This document shows, piece after piece, positions 1 to 10,983 of a DNA stretch of 20,000 nucleotides (the stretch's first letter is position 1; each line of letters begins with the position of its first letter). Source of the DNA: Rozella allomycis CSF55. Taxonomy: Eukaryota. Where the stretch lies: positions 55,488 through 75,487 of the forward strand of contig KE561022.1 of NCBI GenBank assembly GCA_000442015.1, in the 5' to 3' direction. The notes under the pieces were generated by a model. That model was given only the letters and a program-made list of their open reading frames with translations, ran no database searches and was not told the DNA's origin. Both the position numbers and the translations under genes were made by a program.

Positions 1-447
1 TAACACCATGATGGATGAGTCCATTCCTTTAACAATTAATGAATACGAGGAATGGGGAAATCCCAATGATAAAGTAATTCATGTCTATGTCTATTAAAGA
101 CATTCTTTGACTACATGCTTTCTTATTCTCCTTACAATAATATCCCTGATGATGAAAATATCAGTTTTCCAAATTTGTTAGTTACTGCTGGTCTTCATGA
201 CCCTCGAGTTGTAATTTACATAATACCTCTCATTATTAGCAATATTGGGAACCAACGAAATATGTGGCCAAATTAAGGGCATCAAAGATAAAGAAAAAGG
301 TAAAGACTGGCGTAAATTCTAAATTAGGCGCTCTTTCTTAACATGGAAATGGTTGGTCATTTTGGATCTTCAGGCCGTTACGCCTACCTCGAGCACATTG
401 CATTAGACTATGCTTTTGTGATCAATTACTGTTTAAATACAAAATAA
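1..447 (+). CDS. ptrB: Oligopeptidase B (peptidase S9A), 3' part; 5' end lies outside the window
   Basis: Splicing GT-AG introns 74-99, 211-239 and 300-327 gives [21 protein letters not shown]...SYSPYNNI...[25 protein letters not shown]...[11 protein letters not shown]..., ending at TAA 445-447. Carries the EEWGNP, catalytic Asp (HDPRV) and catalytic His (GHFG) motifs of OpdB. Confidence 0.92.
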
Positions 448-459
448 AAGGTCTCTTTA

Positions 460-1282
460 TTAAACTTTTTTGTGTTTGTATGAAGATGAGGGGCATGAGT
501 CCCGTAATAGGCATTGACCACACAAGGGATTTCTAGGTAAGCAAATCTGTTGACCGAATCCAACCAGCAATGGATTTATATCTCTCCAGTATTCCATTGG
601 CAACCAATCCTGTAGTTCCTTTCTTGTGTCCTCGGGAGTTTTTGTCCCAGAAACCCATTTTAATCTGTTAGATATTCTGTGAACATGAACATCCACGCCT
701 ATACCCAAATTTCTAGAAAATGTATTTGTTATTTGCTTTACTGCTTCCAAGCTACTTGCATTGTTATATATGCCATTTTTGGCCCAACTCCTGGAAGAGA
801 GGTCAACTAAACATTTATTACATAAAATTTCAACATACTTCACCAATGGTATCTGGAATATCTTCATCATATTTCTGACAAAGTAATTCTGAGGTGTCCT
901 TCAAATACTTGGCCTTGCGTTTATGGAATCCGACTTTGGAGATGCAGTTATCTATTTCTTCTTCACTCATTTTAATGACAGAGCTTGGTTTAAGAGGGGT
1001 TTTATATTCCATCAAGCAATGTTCATTTAGTTTGTGAAACGCCTCAGCTGTTATCGCATCTTTTGTCTGCGAAGAGAGCATTAGAGATACAAGCGTCTGA
1101 AATCTAAATATCTACTAGTTTTTGGCATTGGATTAAAGTACTTTTGGTGAAAGACTCTTATCAGCTAGCCTTTCACAGCCTAAAGAATCAACAGGAGCAT
1201 TTCGACTTTCTCGCATCTTTTCTAAAAGTGTAAGAGTATCTTTCCAATCCTTTGGGGGTAAGATCGTCTTTTTTGGAGACAT
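460..1282 (-). CDS. NTH1: Endonuclease III-like DNA glycosylase/AP lyase
   Basis: ATG at 1282; introns 1112-1141, 807-838 and 713-741. Spliced product has [17 protein letters not shown], the HhH motif [24 protein letters not shown] and the 4Fe-4S motif [17 protein letters not shown]. Confidence 0.95.
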
Positions 1283-1365
1283 TGTTTTAACCAGGGAATT
1301 AATGTAGATCGGGGATTTACAGTTGATGGTGGTTTGATAATATTTTTTGGATCAAATAAAAATAA

Positions 1366-1437
1366 TTCCGCATCGGGGAATCGAACCCCGGCCTTTGCGG
1401 TGAGAGCGCAAAATCCTAGCCACTAGACCAATGCGGA
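1366..1437 (-). tRNA. tRNA-Glu(CTC)
   Basis: Reverse complement TCCGCATTGGTCTAGTGGCTAGGATTTTGCGCTCTCACCGCAAAGGCCGGGGTTCGATTCCCCGATGCGGAA folds as a cloverleaf: anticodon stem TTGCG/CGCAA, anticodon CTC, T-loop GGTTCGATTCC, followed by a T-run. Confidence 0.96.
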
Positions 1438-1508
1438 TGTGTNACGGTTAAATGTTGTCATTATTCCTACTTATTGTGGAACCAAAAATTAGATTGGTAA
1501 AATTGATA

Positions 1509-1554
1509 TTCCGCATCGGGGAATCGAACCCCGGCCTTTGCGGTGAGAGCGCAA
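1509..1554 (-). tRNA. Second tRNA-Glu(CTC) copy, 3' portion only, cut by the contig join at n1555
   Basis: Identical to 1366-1411 but with a different 3' flank; ends at the 'n'. Confidence 0.7.
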
Positions 1555-1555
1555 N

Positions 1556-2421
1556 TGAAGTTGGGATTTAACAATTTGTCAATCAGAGGATTTGAGATTT
1601 TATTTGATGGGCTTTCTGCAACCAAAATAAGTTCATTGGATCTATCATTTAGTCTGGGGCCTTTTCCATGGAATGTTTTAGCCGCTAAAATTCTAAAGTT
1701 GAAGCATTTAAAGTCGTTGAATTTATCAGGGGTAGTATTAAGACAAGAAAATTTGAAACATTTGTGTGATATTCTTTCACTATCTAATATTGAAAACATA
1801 TCTTTAATGGGAAGTTTTAATGCAGTGCCCTCGTCAGTATTGAAAAGAGAGTTACCTGCCGTGTTTAAATGTATGAAAAAGATAAAGTCTTTGAATCTTT
1901 CGTATAATAAATTAAATCCTGAAATTTTGTGGAGTTTGACCAAATCGATGAAAGAGTTAACCAATTTGCGAGTGCTGAAGTTGTCGAATACGAATATTTT
2001 GGATGCTGACTATTTTACAAGAAGAAAGTTGTTGTCTGTAGGATTTGTTTTCAGATTTATTGAGAGTGTGAAGAATGTTGAAGTGTTGGATGTCAGTGGA
2101 AACAATTTGGGGTATGAGGGGGCTAAATTGATGTTGAAGGAGCTGAAAGAGAGGAATAAGAAGATTAGAGAGAATGTGGTGAGGATTGAGAATGAGTTGA
2201 TATTTTGTAGAGAAATAAATGATAGCGAGTTGAGAATAGCCAGGGAAAAGAGATTTAGAAAAGAGTTGAGGGAGTTGAAGGAATTGGAAAAGAGATTTAA
2301 AGTTTTAGCGTTTTATAATTGTAATGTAGCGTTTAAGGCGCCTGGGGGTATTATTGATGAGTTGAACTCAGATGACTTTTTACAAAATGTGTTAAAAACA
2401 CTTTTAAAGCCCTTTGTGTAA
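1556..2421 (+). CDS. Leucine-rich repeat protein (RNI-like), N-terminus lost in an assembly gap
   Basis: Repeated LxxLxLSxN units (LKSLNLSG, IKSLNLSYNKL, LRVLKLSNT, VEVLDVSGNNLGYEGA). The ORF-track start MRAQX is tRNA sequence before the 'n'. Confidence 0.8.
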
Positions 2422-2578
2422 TATCGGGATTTTCTGCTATTAGTGGATCGTGCCTGGCAAAAGCGCATGGATAGGGTCTTGGTTATAAACGAATCTGTCG
2501 TGGCCCGCTGTAACCCGTAAAATTAGAACGTATAGTGCTTGCACTGTGCTAGTATGGTTGTTANACTATTATTTGCAT

Positions 2579-5200
2579 TTATTCAAGGGGATTAGTATTG
2601 ATCTTTTTAAATGTAAAAGGAAGAAACTTGTAGCCATTGCCCCCATAAAATTTAGAGTTGAATTCAACCCAATGAAGACGCATGGCATGAAGAAAGGCAG
2701 ATAGACCTTCCATGCCGAGTAGAATGCCGACTGTTAAAGCAAACCAAAAGTAGAAACCAATGTAGAGCATGAAGAAGCTGCCTCTGCAATTGTCAATAAT
2801 CATTGTCCAAAGAACATCAGATAATTCTATGAGAGAAGAGTGAATAGATTACGCGCATGAGCTAGAGAAAGAGCCCAGAGACGAAGATAAGACGCTGTGT
2901 TTGAAATGCAGCCGAGAGCGAATTCAATTGTGTGGATTGTTTGATGAACAAAAATTTCACCAAATTCAAAGTGCTTAATTTAGTGAGATTTAATTGAATT
3001 ACTTGATGTGCATTATGAGAGGTTGAATGGTCGTTGGATGGGTTATTTGACTCTGGATCAGCGTTTAAAGGAATAGACTCTGAATTTAGAGGAACAACTT
3101 CTTCTCTGGTGGGAGAATGAGTTTGAACAGAGTTGTATCCAATTGAAGTTTTTTTCAAATGCTGATGGCGAAGATAAAAGGGTTTAACAAACCAAAGGAT
3201 TGGAATGCAAAGAACAGCAACAACTACAAGAATCATTTGAATTTGTTTCTGTCCACTGTATAAAGGATATTTAATGTCACTCCCAAAATCTAAAAACATT
3301 AAAATTAGCATGTTTAATAAAGAAGGTGGATTTGACATTGAAGATTGATTAATCCATTTGAAAATTATCATTACAGCCAAATACCCAAAAATTGAAGTCA
3401 TAAACACAACTTGTGGGATAAATTCACATAAAATAGACAAATAATCTTTTCTATGCAAATGATTCAACAAACTCAAAAATATTCCAAACAACATCTATTA
3501 AATCAATTTCAATTCTATTACATGTAACACTCCAATTATTATGGCTTGCTTCATTTTATATGAATTCAAAAACAATAAAATATTCTCAGAATCATGCCAC
3601 GATGGATCTATTCCAAATGGATACACTTTCCCATTAAACGTTGAACTCCCATCACGTGCAAAGTCAAATCCAGATTCAAAAAAATAAATTGCTTTAGAGA
3701 AAATATCATTGTAAATCAATCCAATATAAAGCGAAAATAATCCCATAAGAAATATCATGTATCTCCCTCCAACAACAGTCTGCGTCATTTCCCCTTTTAT
3801 TTTACTCAATTCTTTCTCTTTCAATATCAAATAAATTCCAATCAATGTCATCAACATTCCATGTCCAAAATCTCCAAACATCACACTAAACAGAAATGGA
3901 AACGTTATCACCGTAAACAGCCCTGGATTCACCTCTCTATACGTCGCCATCCCATACGAATCTATAATCTCCTGAAACGCAACTGTATATTTATTCGTTC
4001 TATGAAAAGTTGGAGGCTCTAAATTAGTCTTCATCTCATGCATCACTGACGCCATCATAGTTCCACTCTTCTCACTAGCTGTCCTCAACGCTATAGTCAC
4101 CTCCCCAAGCTTATTCTTTGGTGCCCATCCCTCAGCTATCAAACATCTTCTACTATCATCATAATTAAACATATTCATCGTATGATAAATAGCCTTTTCT
4201 CTCCTAACTACAAACGTCCATTCTCCAATCATCTCAATCACCTGGCTCAACACACTCCTCCTCGTTTGATTCGTATTGTATATCACACTATTCAAATCTT
4301 CCAATCTAGCGGCTACTTCAAGCGAATGCTCCCGCCTCTTCTCCGCAGAATCATCAATAGAATACAACGTTGCACCCAACGACTCGCATATCTTTTTTAT
4401 CTTATTCAATATCTCTTTCCCATGCGCAAATATCAAAAACACATTCTTCTCAATCACATCCCCTGTATTCGGTTCCTTCATCACCTCATCAATCTCACTA
4501 TAATTCAAATACAAATTCCCTCTCAACGCCCTCCACAACACCCGCTCAAATGTAATCATCTTCTTCCTATCAATCACCCCAGCTACAAACCCCAGTCCAC
4601 TACTCTTCGTCAGTCTCTCAGGCTTCCCCTCCTCAATATCCTGGTGCAGCAACGGCCTCTCATGGTCATCTGAATGCACCCCCATCATCCTATCCTCCTG
4701 CCGCGCTGTCACCTCGGTAAAAAAATTTGCTGTATCCCGCAACACATGCTTCAGCTCTGTCATCTCCAAATGCCGCTTCTCCAAATTCTCCTGCGATCTA
4801 TTCATCTCCTCCAACCGACTCGCCAAATCATTCACACGCCGCTCAAGCTCATCCAACTCTTTCACAGAACGCGGGAAATACCGCGTATCAGGCTCCACCA
4901 ACACCATATCCATCTTGCGCGCTTGGCTCGCTATAAACCCTACTACCAGAAACTATCACCCTTACGAAGATTCCTCTCAATCTCATCAAATCTTCTAATC
5001 TCATTCACAAACGTTCGCTGGAAAGGATTCACATTCGCGTTCATCTAGTTACTCTGTTTACACTATATTACATCCCGGAAATGCACCAAATCTAACTCGC
5101 CCAGTTCTGACACAGTTCCTTGCGCTACCTCAAACGGTATATACAGCTGGATAAGCGACATTACCTCGGAACGAAGCAACGAACTTGGAACAACACTCAT
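2579..5200 (-). CDS. VPH1: V-type H+-ATPase V0 subunit a
   Basis: ATG 5200 ([22 protein letters not shown]); introns 5045-5071, 4940-4965, 3495-3521, 2974-3002 and 2827-2852. Motifs [60 protein letters not shown] and [18 protein letters not shown]. Confidence 0.98.
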
Positions 5201-5333
5201 TAATCGACAAGGGTCTATGTACACAAACTAAAGATTAGAGGCAAACATAATAACATTACATAGAAAATTAATAATGTAATATTAAAATAGATAAAATTTA
5301 AAACTAATAATTTATATCAATGATAATATGCAT

Positions 5334-6296
5334 TTATTGTGGAGCAGCAAAAACATTCAATTTTCTATTACGGAAAACAATCTTCTTTGCAGCAATCAAT
5401 TTATTGGCTTCTTCAACATTCTCACATTCAACTACAGCATGTCTTTTAACAAGAATAAATATAAATTACCCCTTTAATTTTTCAGAAAATTCACGTTTAG
5501 GAAGTGTGACATTAACAACCTTGGCGATTCCTTCAACAATCTTTTTAATATCTTCAGCAGAAACTTTTTCTCCCTTGGCATTAAAGTTTCCAAGTCCAGA
5601 GATATGAACAACATTGGATTCAACTGGCTCAGCATCACCCTCTTTTTTGGCCTTTTTATTCTTCTTTGTGTAATCGTCAGAAGCTTTGATCAACAATGAA
5701 CGTCCATCAAGCTTTTGTTCGCTCAAAGCAATCGCCTTTTTCTGTCCTTGTGCAGTCTCAAACTGGATAACGCAATGTCTACTAACCTACAAATAATAAT
5801 CTTACCCCTTGTTTCTTCCGCCAGCTACTTTTGGAAGATACATTCTAACAATCTTTCCGCAGTCCTTGAAGAATTCGCGGATTTGCTCTTCACTGGTAGT
5901 ATACGACAGATTGCCAGCCCAAACACCATTCTTGTTCTTTTCTACGTGCTCGGATTTAGCAGCAACATGCTCGACTTCAGATTTTCTCTTCTTGTTTGTC
6001 TTTTTAGCTGGCTTGGCTTTTTCTGAAACAGCTTCCTTGGCTTCTTCTTGTTGGCTGGATTCTGAAACAGATTCTTCCTTGATTTCCTCCTCCTTCTTTT
6101 CTTCTTTCTTTTCTACAACTGCCTCCTCTGGCTTGGAGGCCTGGCTTTTTCTTGTGACTCTCTTGACAGGCTTCACTGGCTCAGATTTCTCTGTCTCGGT
6201 AACTGGTACCTCTTCAGCCTTTTTTTCTGTTGAAGCGTTTTTTGAGCCTTTAACTGAAACTCTTCTTTTTTTATCAGCAGCTGTTTTGGGGGCCAT
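5334..6296 (-). CDS. NOP13: Nucleolar two-RRM protein, Nop13-like, with K/E-rich N-terminus
   Basis: Introns 5779-5805 and 5443-5469. RRM1 reads GVWAGNLSYTTSEEQIREFF...NKGHCVIQF...ALSEQKLDGRSLLIK and resembles yeast Nop13 RRM1; a second RRM follows; stop at 5334-5336. Confidence 0.75.
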
Positions 6297-6595
6297 GAGA
6301 ATTTTTCGGTGGCTTGGTGGTTTCTGGTGTGTTCCATTGTTCGTTCCATTACAATTATTATTTTTGTTGATTAGAAATACATTTTTACAAAATTTTTCTA
6401 TTATTTAATCTTAATTGGCCTATGAATTCAGAATCATTGTACTGATTTCACGAGGCGTCGAGACCAAGTTAAAATAAAGATTGAAATATGAGTTATACAT
6501 CTATTAAAACAATTTCATTTCACCTATTGCATTATCAAATAAATACCCGCCAAAAATATATTAATTTTTTAGTTTTGGAAATTTCTAGAAATCTT

Positions 6596-7356
6596 ATGGA
6601 TTACTACCAAATTTTAGGAGTATCACCTGCAGCTACAGTTGAAGATATTCGCAAAGCGTAAAGATCATTGAAAGTTATAATTAATTAGATATCGCAAGCT
6701 TGCATTGGAATGGCATCCAGATAAGGTGCGACCAGAGTTACGTGAAGAAGCTAATGTAAAGTTTAAGCTGATATCGGAAGCATACGAAATACTATCCGAT
6801 CCTCAAAAGAAGCAATATTATGATAGATATGGCAATGATGAATACGATGCAACAACGGGTAAATTATAATGCCGATTCTTGAAAGGAAAGCATCATAGCC
6901 ATTTTGAGTTTCATGATCCTGAAGAGATATTTAGAAGCATGTTTAGTATGTTTGATAGTGGATTTGGTCGAAATGCATTCTCTGATTCGTTTTTTTCAAG
7001 GGGATCAAGGGGCAGGAACTCTTTCTTTGACGACGATGATGATTTCTTTTCAGGAAGATTTCCAAGTTCATTCAATTCAATATTTGGAAGCTTTGGTGAT
7101 TCCAATCAAGATCCCGGGAGAAACACGAACAGGTCTGTATATACATTTCCCCAAGGGATGACTTCTCAAAGCACATCAGTTCAAATAATCAATGGGCAAA
7201 AGACAACAAAAACTACCATGATTGATGAAAAAGGTAATGTATCAATAATATCTTAATTGTAAAGGAAACAAGACAGAAATAACTGAAACGCCTGATGGAC
7301 AAAAGAAAGTTCTGCTCAATGGGGTTCCGCAAGATCCACAAAAATATCTTAAATAA
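6596..7356 (+). CDS. DnaJ/Hsp40 class B co-chaperone (DNAJB6-like layout)
   Basis: Introns 6658-6688, 6859-6885 and 7234-7264. J domain MDYYQILGV...[13 protein letters not shown]...[13 protein letters not shown], then a G/F-rich region and an S/T-rich C-terminal domain. Confidence 0.92.
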
Positions 7357-7423
7357 CTTTTGATTTAATAAAAGCATTTTCTATCTAACGCTTGGAGATA
7401 AAATCTGTGCAAATTTATTTGAC

Positions 7424-7929
7424 TTAAATGTTATCAATATCAGCGTCTCTAAGCTGTTGTGGTGGTACATCATCTTCATCAGAGCCCATCATATCGTTGT
7501 CATCTTCCGGCTCTCCCTCAGCTACTTCCATAATATTAACTAATTAACCAAAAAGATTTAAAATACCATCATCCGGCAATTCTCCTTCAGCAACTAATTG
7601 TCTAGCTTCATCAGGAAAATATTTAGCAATAATATCGCACTTGTCATCTTGAAAATCACGCAACGAGCACAAAACAATGTCACCGGTACCTATCCAAACC
7701 TTTTTGCGCATTTTTCCACGAATATGACCTTGTCGTTTTTTACCGTCAAAGCATGATAGTTCTACGCGAGCGTTCCCAAGCTATTTTGGAGAAAATAAAC
7801 ACGGGATACCATTTTAACAACTTGGCCGTATTCTTGCTCTTCGTCTTTGTAAATTAATTCTCTTTTGCTTTCAGATTCGGATTTTCCCTTTCTACGGTTC
7901 TTACCGCCTTTGCCTTTAGGTTTTGGCAT
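7424..7929 (-). CDS. TIF11: Translation initiation factor eIF1A
   Basis: [16 protein letters not shown]...[21 protein letters not shown]...[12 protein letters not shown]...[10 protein letters not shown]...acidic tail DIDNI*; introns 7781-7809 and 7540-7566. Not in the ORF track. Confidence 0.96.
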
Positions 7930-8059
7930 TTTTTCTAAGCAGGGGTGGGGAAAATCGGCTCATTTATATTATCATAAAAAAATCTTGCAAGAGATATAAA
8001 TGATGTTGTAATGACTCACCATTACGGGTTGTTTGTAATTCTAAATGAGTGAAAATAGA

Positions 8060-8420
8060 AAGTGGAAAATGAAGAGTATGAAAACAGATTATGAGATTTT
8101 CTCCTTATGTTGAACACGTCTGGAATAAAACAGTGGAAGAAGGAGGCTCATGAGGTCTCGGAGTCGGGATCAAAAAATGAAGAACAAGCGTGAGGCCAAA
8201 GGTTTGATATTTTTCCCTTTCTGTATGGAATCAACTGGAGGAATGGACGTAGATTCTTTGGCTTTCCTTAAAAGTATCGCACATGCAGTGTCCAATGTGC
8301 AAAATGTCGAAACTAATGTGGTATACCACAGAGTACAGACTAAGAATTAGTCTAAGATTAAAGATAAGTTTTACATTAGCAAAAAGGAATGCATCAATGA
8401 TTCTTAGAAGACTGGCATAA
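8060..8420 (+). mobile_element. Degenerate 3' fragment of an RLE-type (CRE/R2-like) non-LTR retrotransposon endonuclease region
   Basis: Translates (with frameshifts) as KGLIFFPFCMESTGGMDVDSLAFLKSIA...ISFTLAKRNASMILRRLA*, matching the FxPFxxExxG...SxxLxxxNAxxI C-terminal pattern of RLE retroelements. A related copy lies at 19815-20000. 5' boundary approximate. Confidence 0.7.
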
Positions 8421-8518
8421 ATACTTAAAAAAGTATCACTTGTTATTTTAAGAGAATTCAAATTAGTTTATTAGTAGATGTTTTATGTTAACAAATTGTA
8501 AGTGTCAAGTTTAAATCT

Positions 8519-8688
8519 TTAATTAGACTTATTGATTTCATTAGAATCATAATTTTCATGCGGATGGATACCTTCAGGAATCGATTCAAAATCATTATCT
8601 CTTGACTCCATCAAATCATCCACTTCATCGTTATCATCATCATTATCATTTTTTGACATTAGTTTGAAGATGCCATGGAAATTGTGAT
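8519..8688 (-). CDS. Possible acidic C-terminal fragment of a gene truncated by the gap at n8689
   Basis: Open frame HNFHGIFKLMSKNDNDDDNDEVDDLMES...NKSN* running from the 'n' to TAA 8519-8521; family not recognised. Confidence 0.35.
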
Positions 8689-8780
8689 NTTCCACTATTA
8701 AGGGTTATTAAAATATTTTTGAATAAAAGTTGAGGTTTGCCCAAAGCTCTTTGACCTTAATTTAGCTACCCCTGTATTAC

Positions 8781-10888
8781 ATGGAACCGACAACACCAAC
8801 AGAACTGGAAACAGGTCAAACGACATCACAGCTAGCTGAAATTCTCGCACTTAAAATGGAACTAGCAAAAACAAAAAAAGAACTTTTACTTTCGAGGCAA
8901 CAACGTAAGTACAAAAGTCTTTATTGATTATAGAACGCGCGATGCATAGATCCCCAAGTGACCAAAAATTCATCGCAGAAAACGGCCTGGATTTGAACAG
9001 ATCCACAGATCTGATTAAATATACCCTTTATCAATTTGCCAAGACGGTCGGGGAATGTGAACTTGGCGCAAGTTTCAATGAGAACTGCTTGGAATTGCGA
9101 CTAGACCAAAGGCGCACTGAATATGTTCTTGATGATGTTGACGATATCAAAATTGTTCTAGCACCGTCTGGTGCAGGGAAAACAAGGATGATTTTGGAGT
9201 TGCTGCATGAGAGCCTGGGATACTATTTTACAGTTAAGAGTTCCCAAAATGACTTTGGATCTATAGATTTGTACCATTGCTTGATTTATTGTCAAAACAA
9301 GCCTGAAAATACTCATGTCTATTTATCTGTCTTGTATTTTGTTAGAGTAACTGTATGCAATCACTTGATGGCTTTGGGCTTTGATCAACCGTGGCAAATT
9401 CTTCTCGCTCAGCTTCATCCGAATGCGTTCTTTGGAATTGATGTGTTCTATTATTTATTTATCACTCTGGTTGATGAATTCGTTATTATGAATATTAAGC
9501 CAAAACTTGATAACTGTTTTCCGTTTGTTGCAATTGATGAGATCCAGTTGTCTATCGGAACCGCGAAAAATCATTGTTTACCAGAGAGTAGCAATATGCG
9601 ACCGTTCTTCTCCCCCTTGGTGTTCTTTACCAAAATGTTTCGTAAATTTCCCCGATTTATAGTGGCCGGAACGGGAATTAACTTTGAGCTCATTAAAGAC
9701 GCCTTGGAATCCTCCACAATGAAGGCCGATCAGCGAACTGCATATCAAGTTTTATCAAAACGTTTCCGTCCTTTAACAAAAGCTGAAGTAGTCGAATATG
9801 CGAGATTTGTGCTACAGGAGAGGAGAGTCGAGGATTGTGAGGCAATCGTACAGAGAATTTCTGACTTCAATTTGTGTCATGGAAGGGCAAGATTTGTGGC
9901 TTTCATTCTCGATCAATACAAAAAATGGGGAAACATTGAGTGCGCAATCGCTGCTTTTATTGAGGGTGTTACAAATGTCAATTGTAGCATTTTCCCGCTG
10001 GCGTTTCTCAAACGCGATATTGACAAAAATGGCCAGTGGTTAAATCGTGTTGTGGGCAATGATACAATCTCAAGAATTATAAGAAATGGCATGCTTGACT
10101 TTATTATGTTTGGACAGGCATTTTTGCAATTGCAAGGTCAAGACGCTTCAGATGCTATTCTATATGGGCTTGGATTCGGTGAAGTCTCAAATAACACCAT
10201 TGACGGGGTGCGGATAGATGAGTTGGCTATTATGGAATGTCTTCGATATCTAATGCCGTTTAATGAAATAGTTGCATCGCTTGCTGAACGAATTGCTTCG
10301 TCCCCAAAAGCTCAGATGATCGACTACCTGGTTGAATATTTGGTTGCATTTGCGCTTGTCGCCAACACATCGGGACTTGACGTTGCTCGGAATATAAAGA
10401 TAACGCACCGTTCAGTTGCCGATTATCTTAGAGTGAATGACGCGAATCAAGTCAGTTTCCCTGATCCCATGTGTGGCGCCGATGTCATCTACAAGTGTGT
10501 GAAAACGATGACTGTGTATATTTATCAGACAAATTTTGTCAAAGGCATGACAAAGCAAGAACGAGTGAACGCGTGTAACACAAATGATCCAAACCTATTC
10601 TATTGTAACAGGACAAACAAGACTGTTCTCAAGGGATTTGAAGACAAACACGATGCGCTTGGAAATGTGATTAAAGGGAAAAGAACTCTTATACTTGATG
10701 AGCTGCGTCAGCTTCAACGCGACGGATTTACGCTTCAACAAGTTGTCTTTGTTCATACGGGAGGAAATCAAATCGCTAAGATAAATGGAGCTGAAGTTGT
10801 TGTAAGCAAAACTAGTCATCCAAACTTTTTTGATTACATTGGCAAAAATATATGGGGTCTGCTGGATTCTGTTACATCGAATTTTTAA
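8781..10888 (+). CDS. Crinkler (CRN)-type P-loop NTPase + restriction-endonuclease-like protein
   Basis: ATG 8781 and intron 8905-8933 join in frame to the 654-aa ORF. Walker A APSGAGKTR, Walker B VAIDEIQ, IVAGTGI, HGRARF, then REase-like LVEYLVAFAL...FPDPMCGADVIY...YIYQTNF...TNDP. Confidence 0.72.
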
Positions 10889-10983
10889 ATTAAACTATTT
10901 TCAATCTTGTCTGTTTCATTATTTGCATTAAATTGCTATTTATAGTTCTTTCATATATTTTTTATATTTAAATGTTAATTTTT

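Noticed and set aside
1467..1964. 165-aa minus-strand ORF
   Set aside because: Antisense to the LRR gene and runs through an 'n' join and a tRNA fragment.
2518..2536. TAAAATTAGAACG resembling U6 snRNA
   Set aside because: No ACAGAGA box, AGC triad or internal stem-loop follows.
2531..2553. Hairpin plus CTAG as a Helitron 3' end
   Set aside because: CTAG abuts the hairpin with no spacer, and there is no Rep/helicase sequence or second copy in the window.
4182..6408. Antisense ORFs over VPH1 and NOP13 (e.g. 4182-4673, 4674-5048, 5809-6408)
   Set aside because: Shadow frames produced by skewed composition opposite clearly conserved genes; no recognisable motifs.
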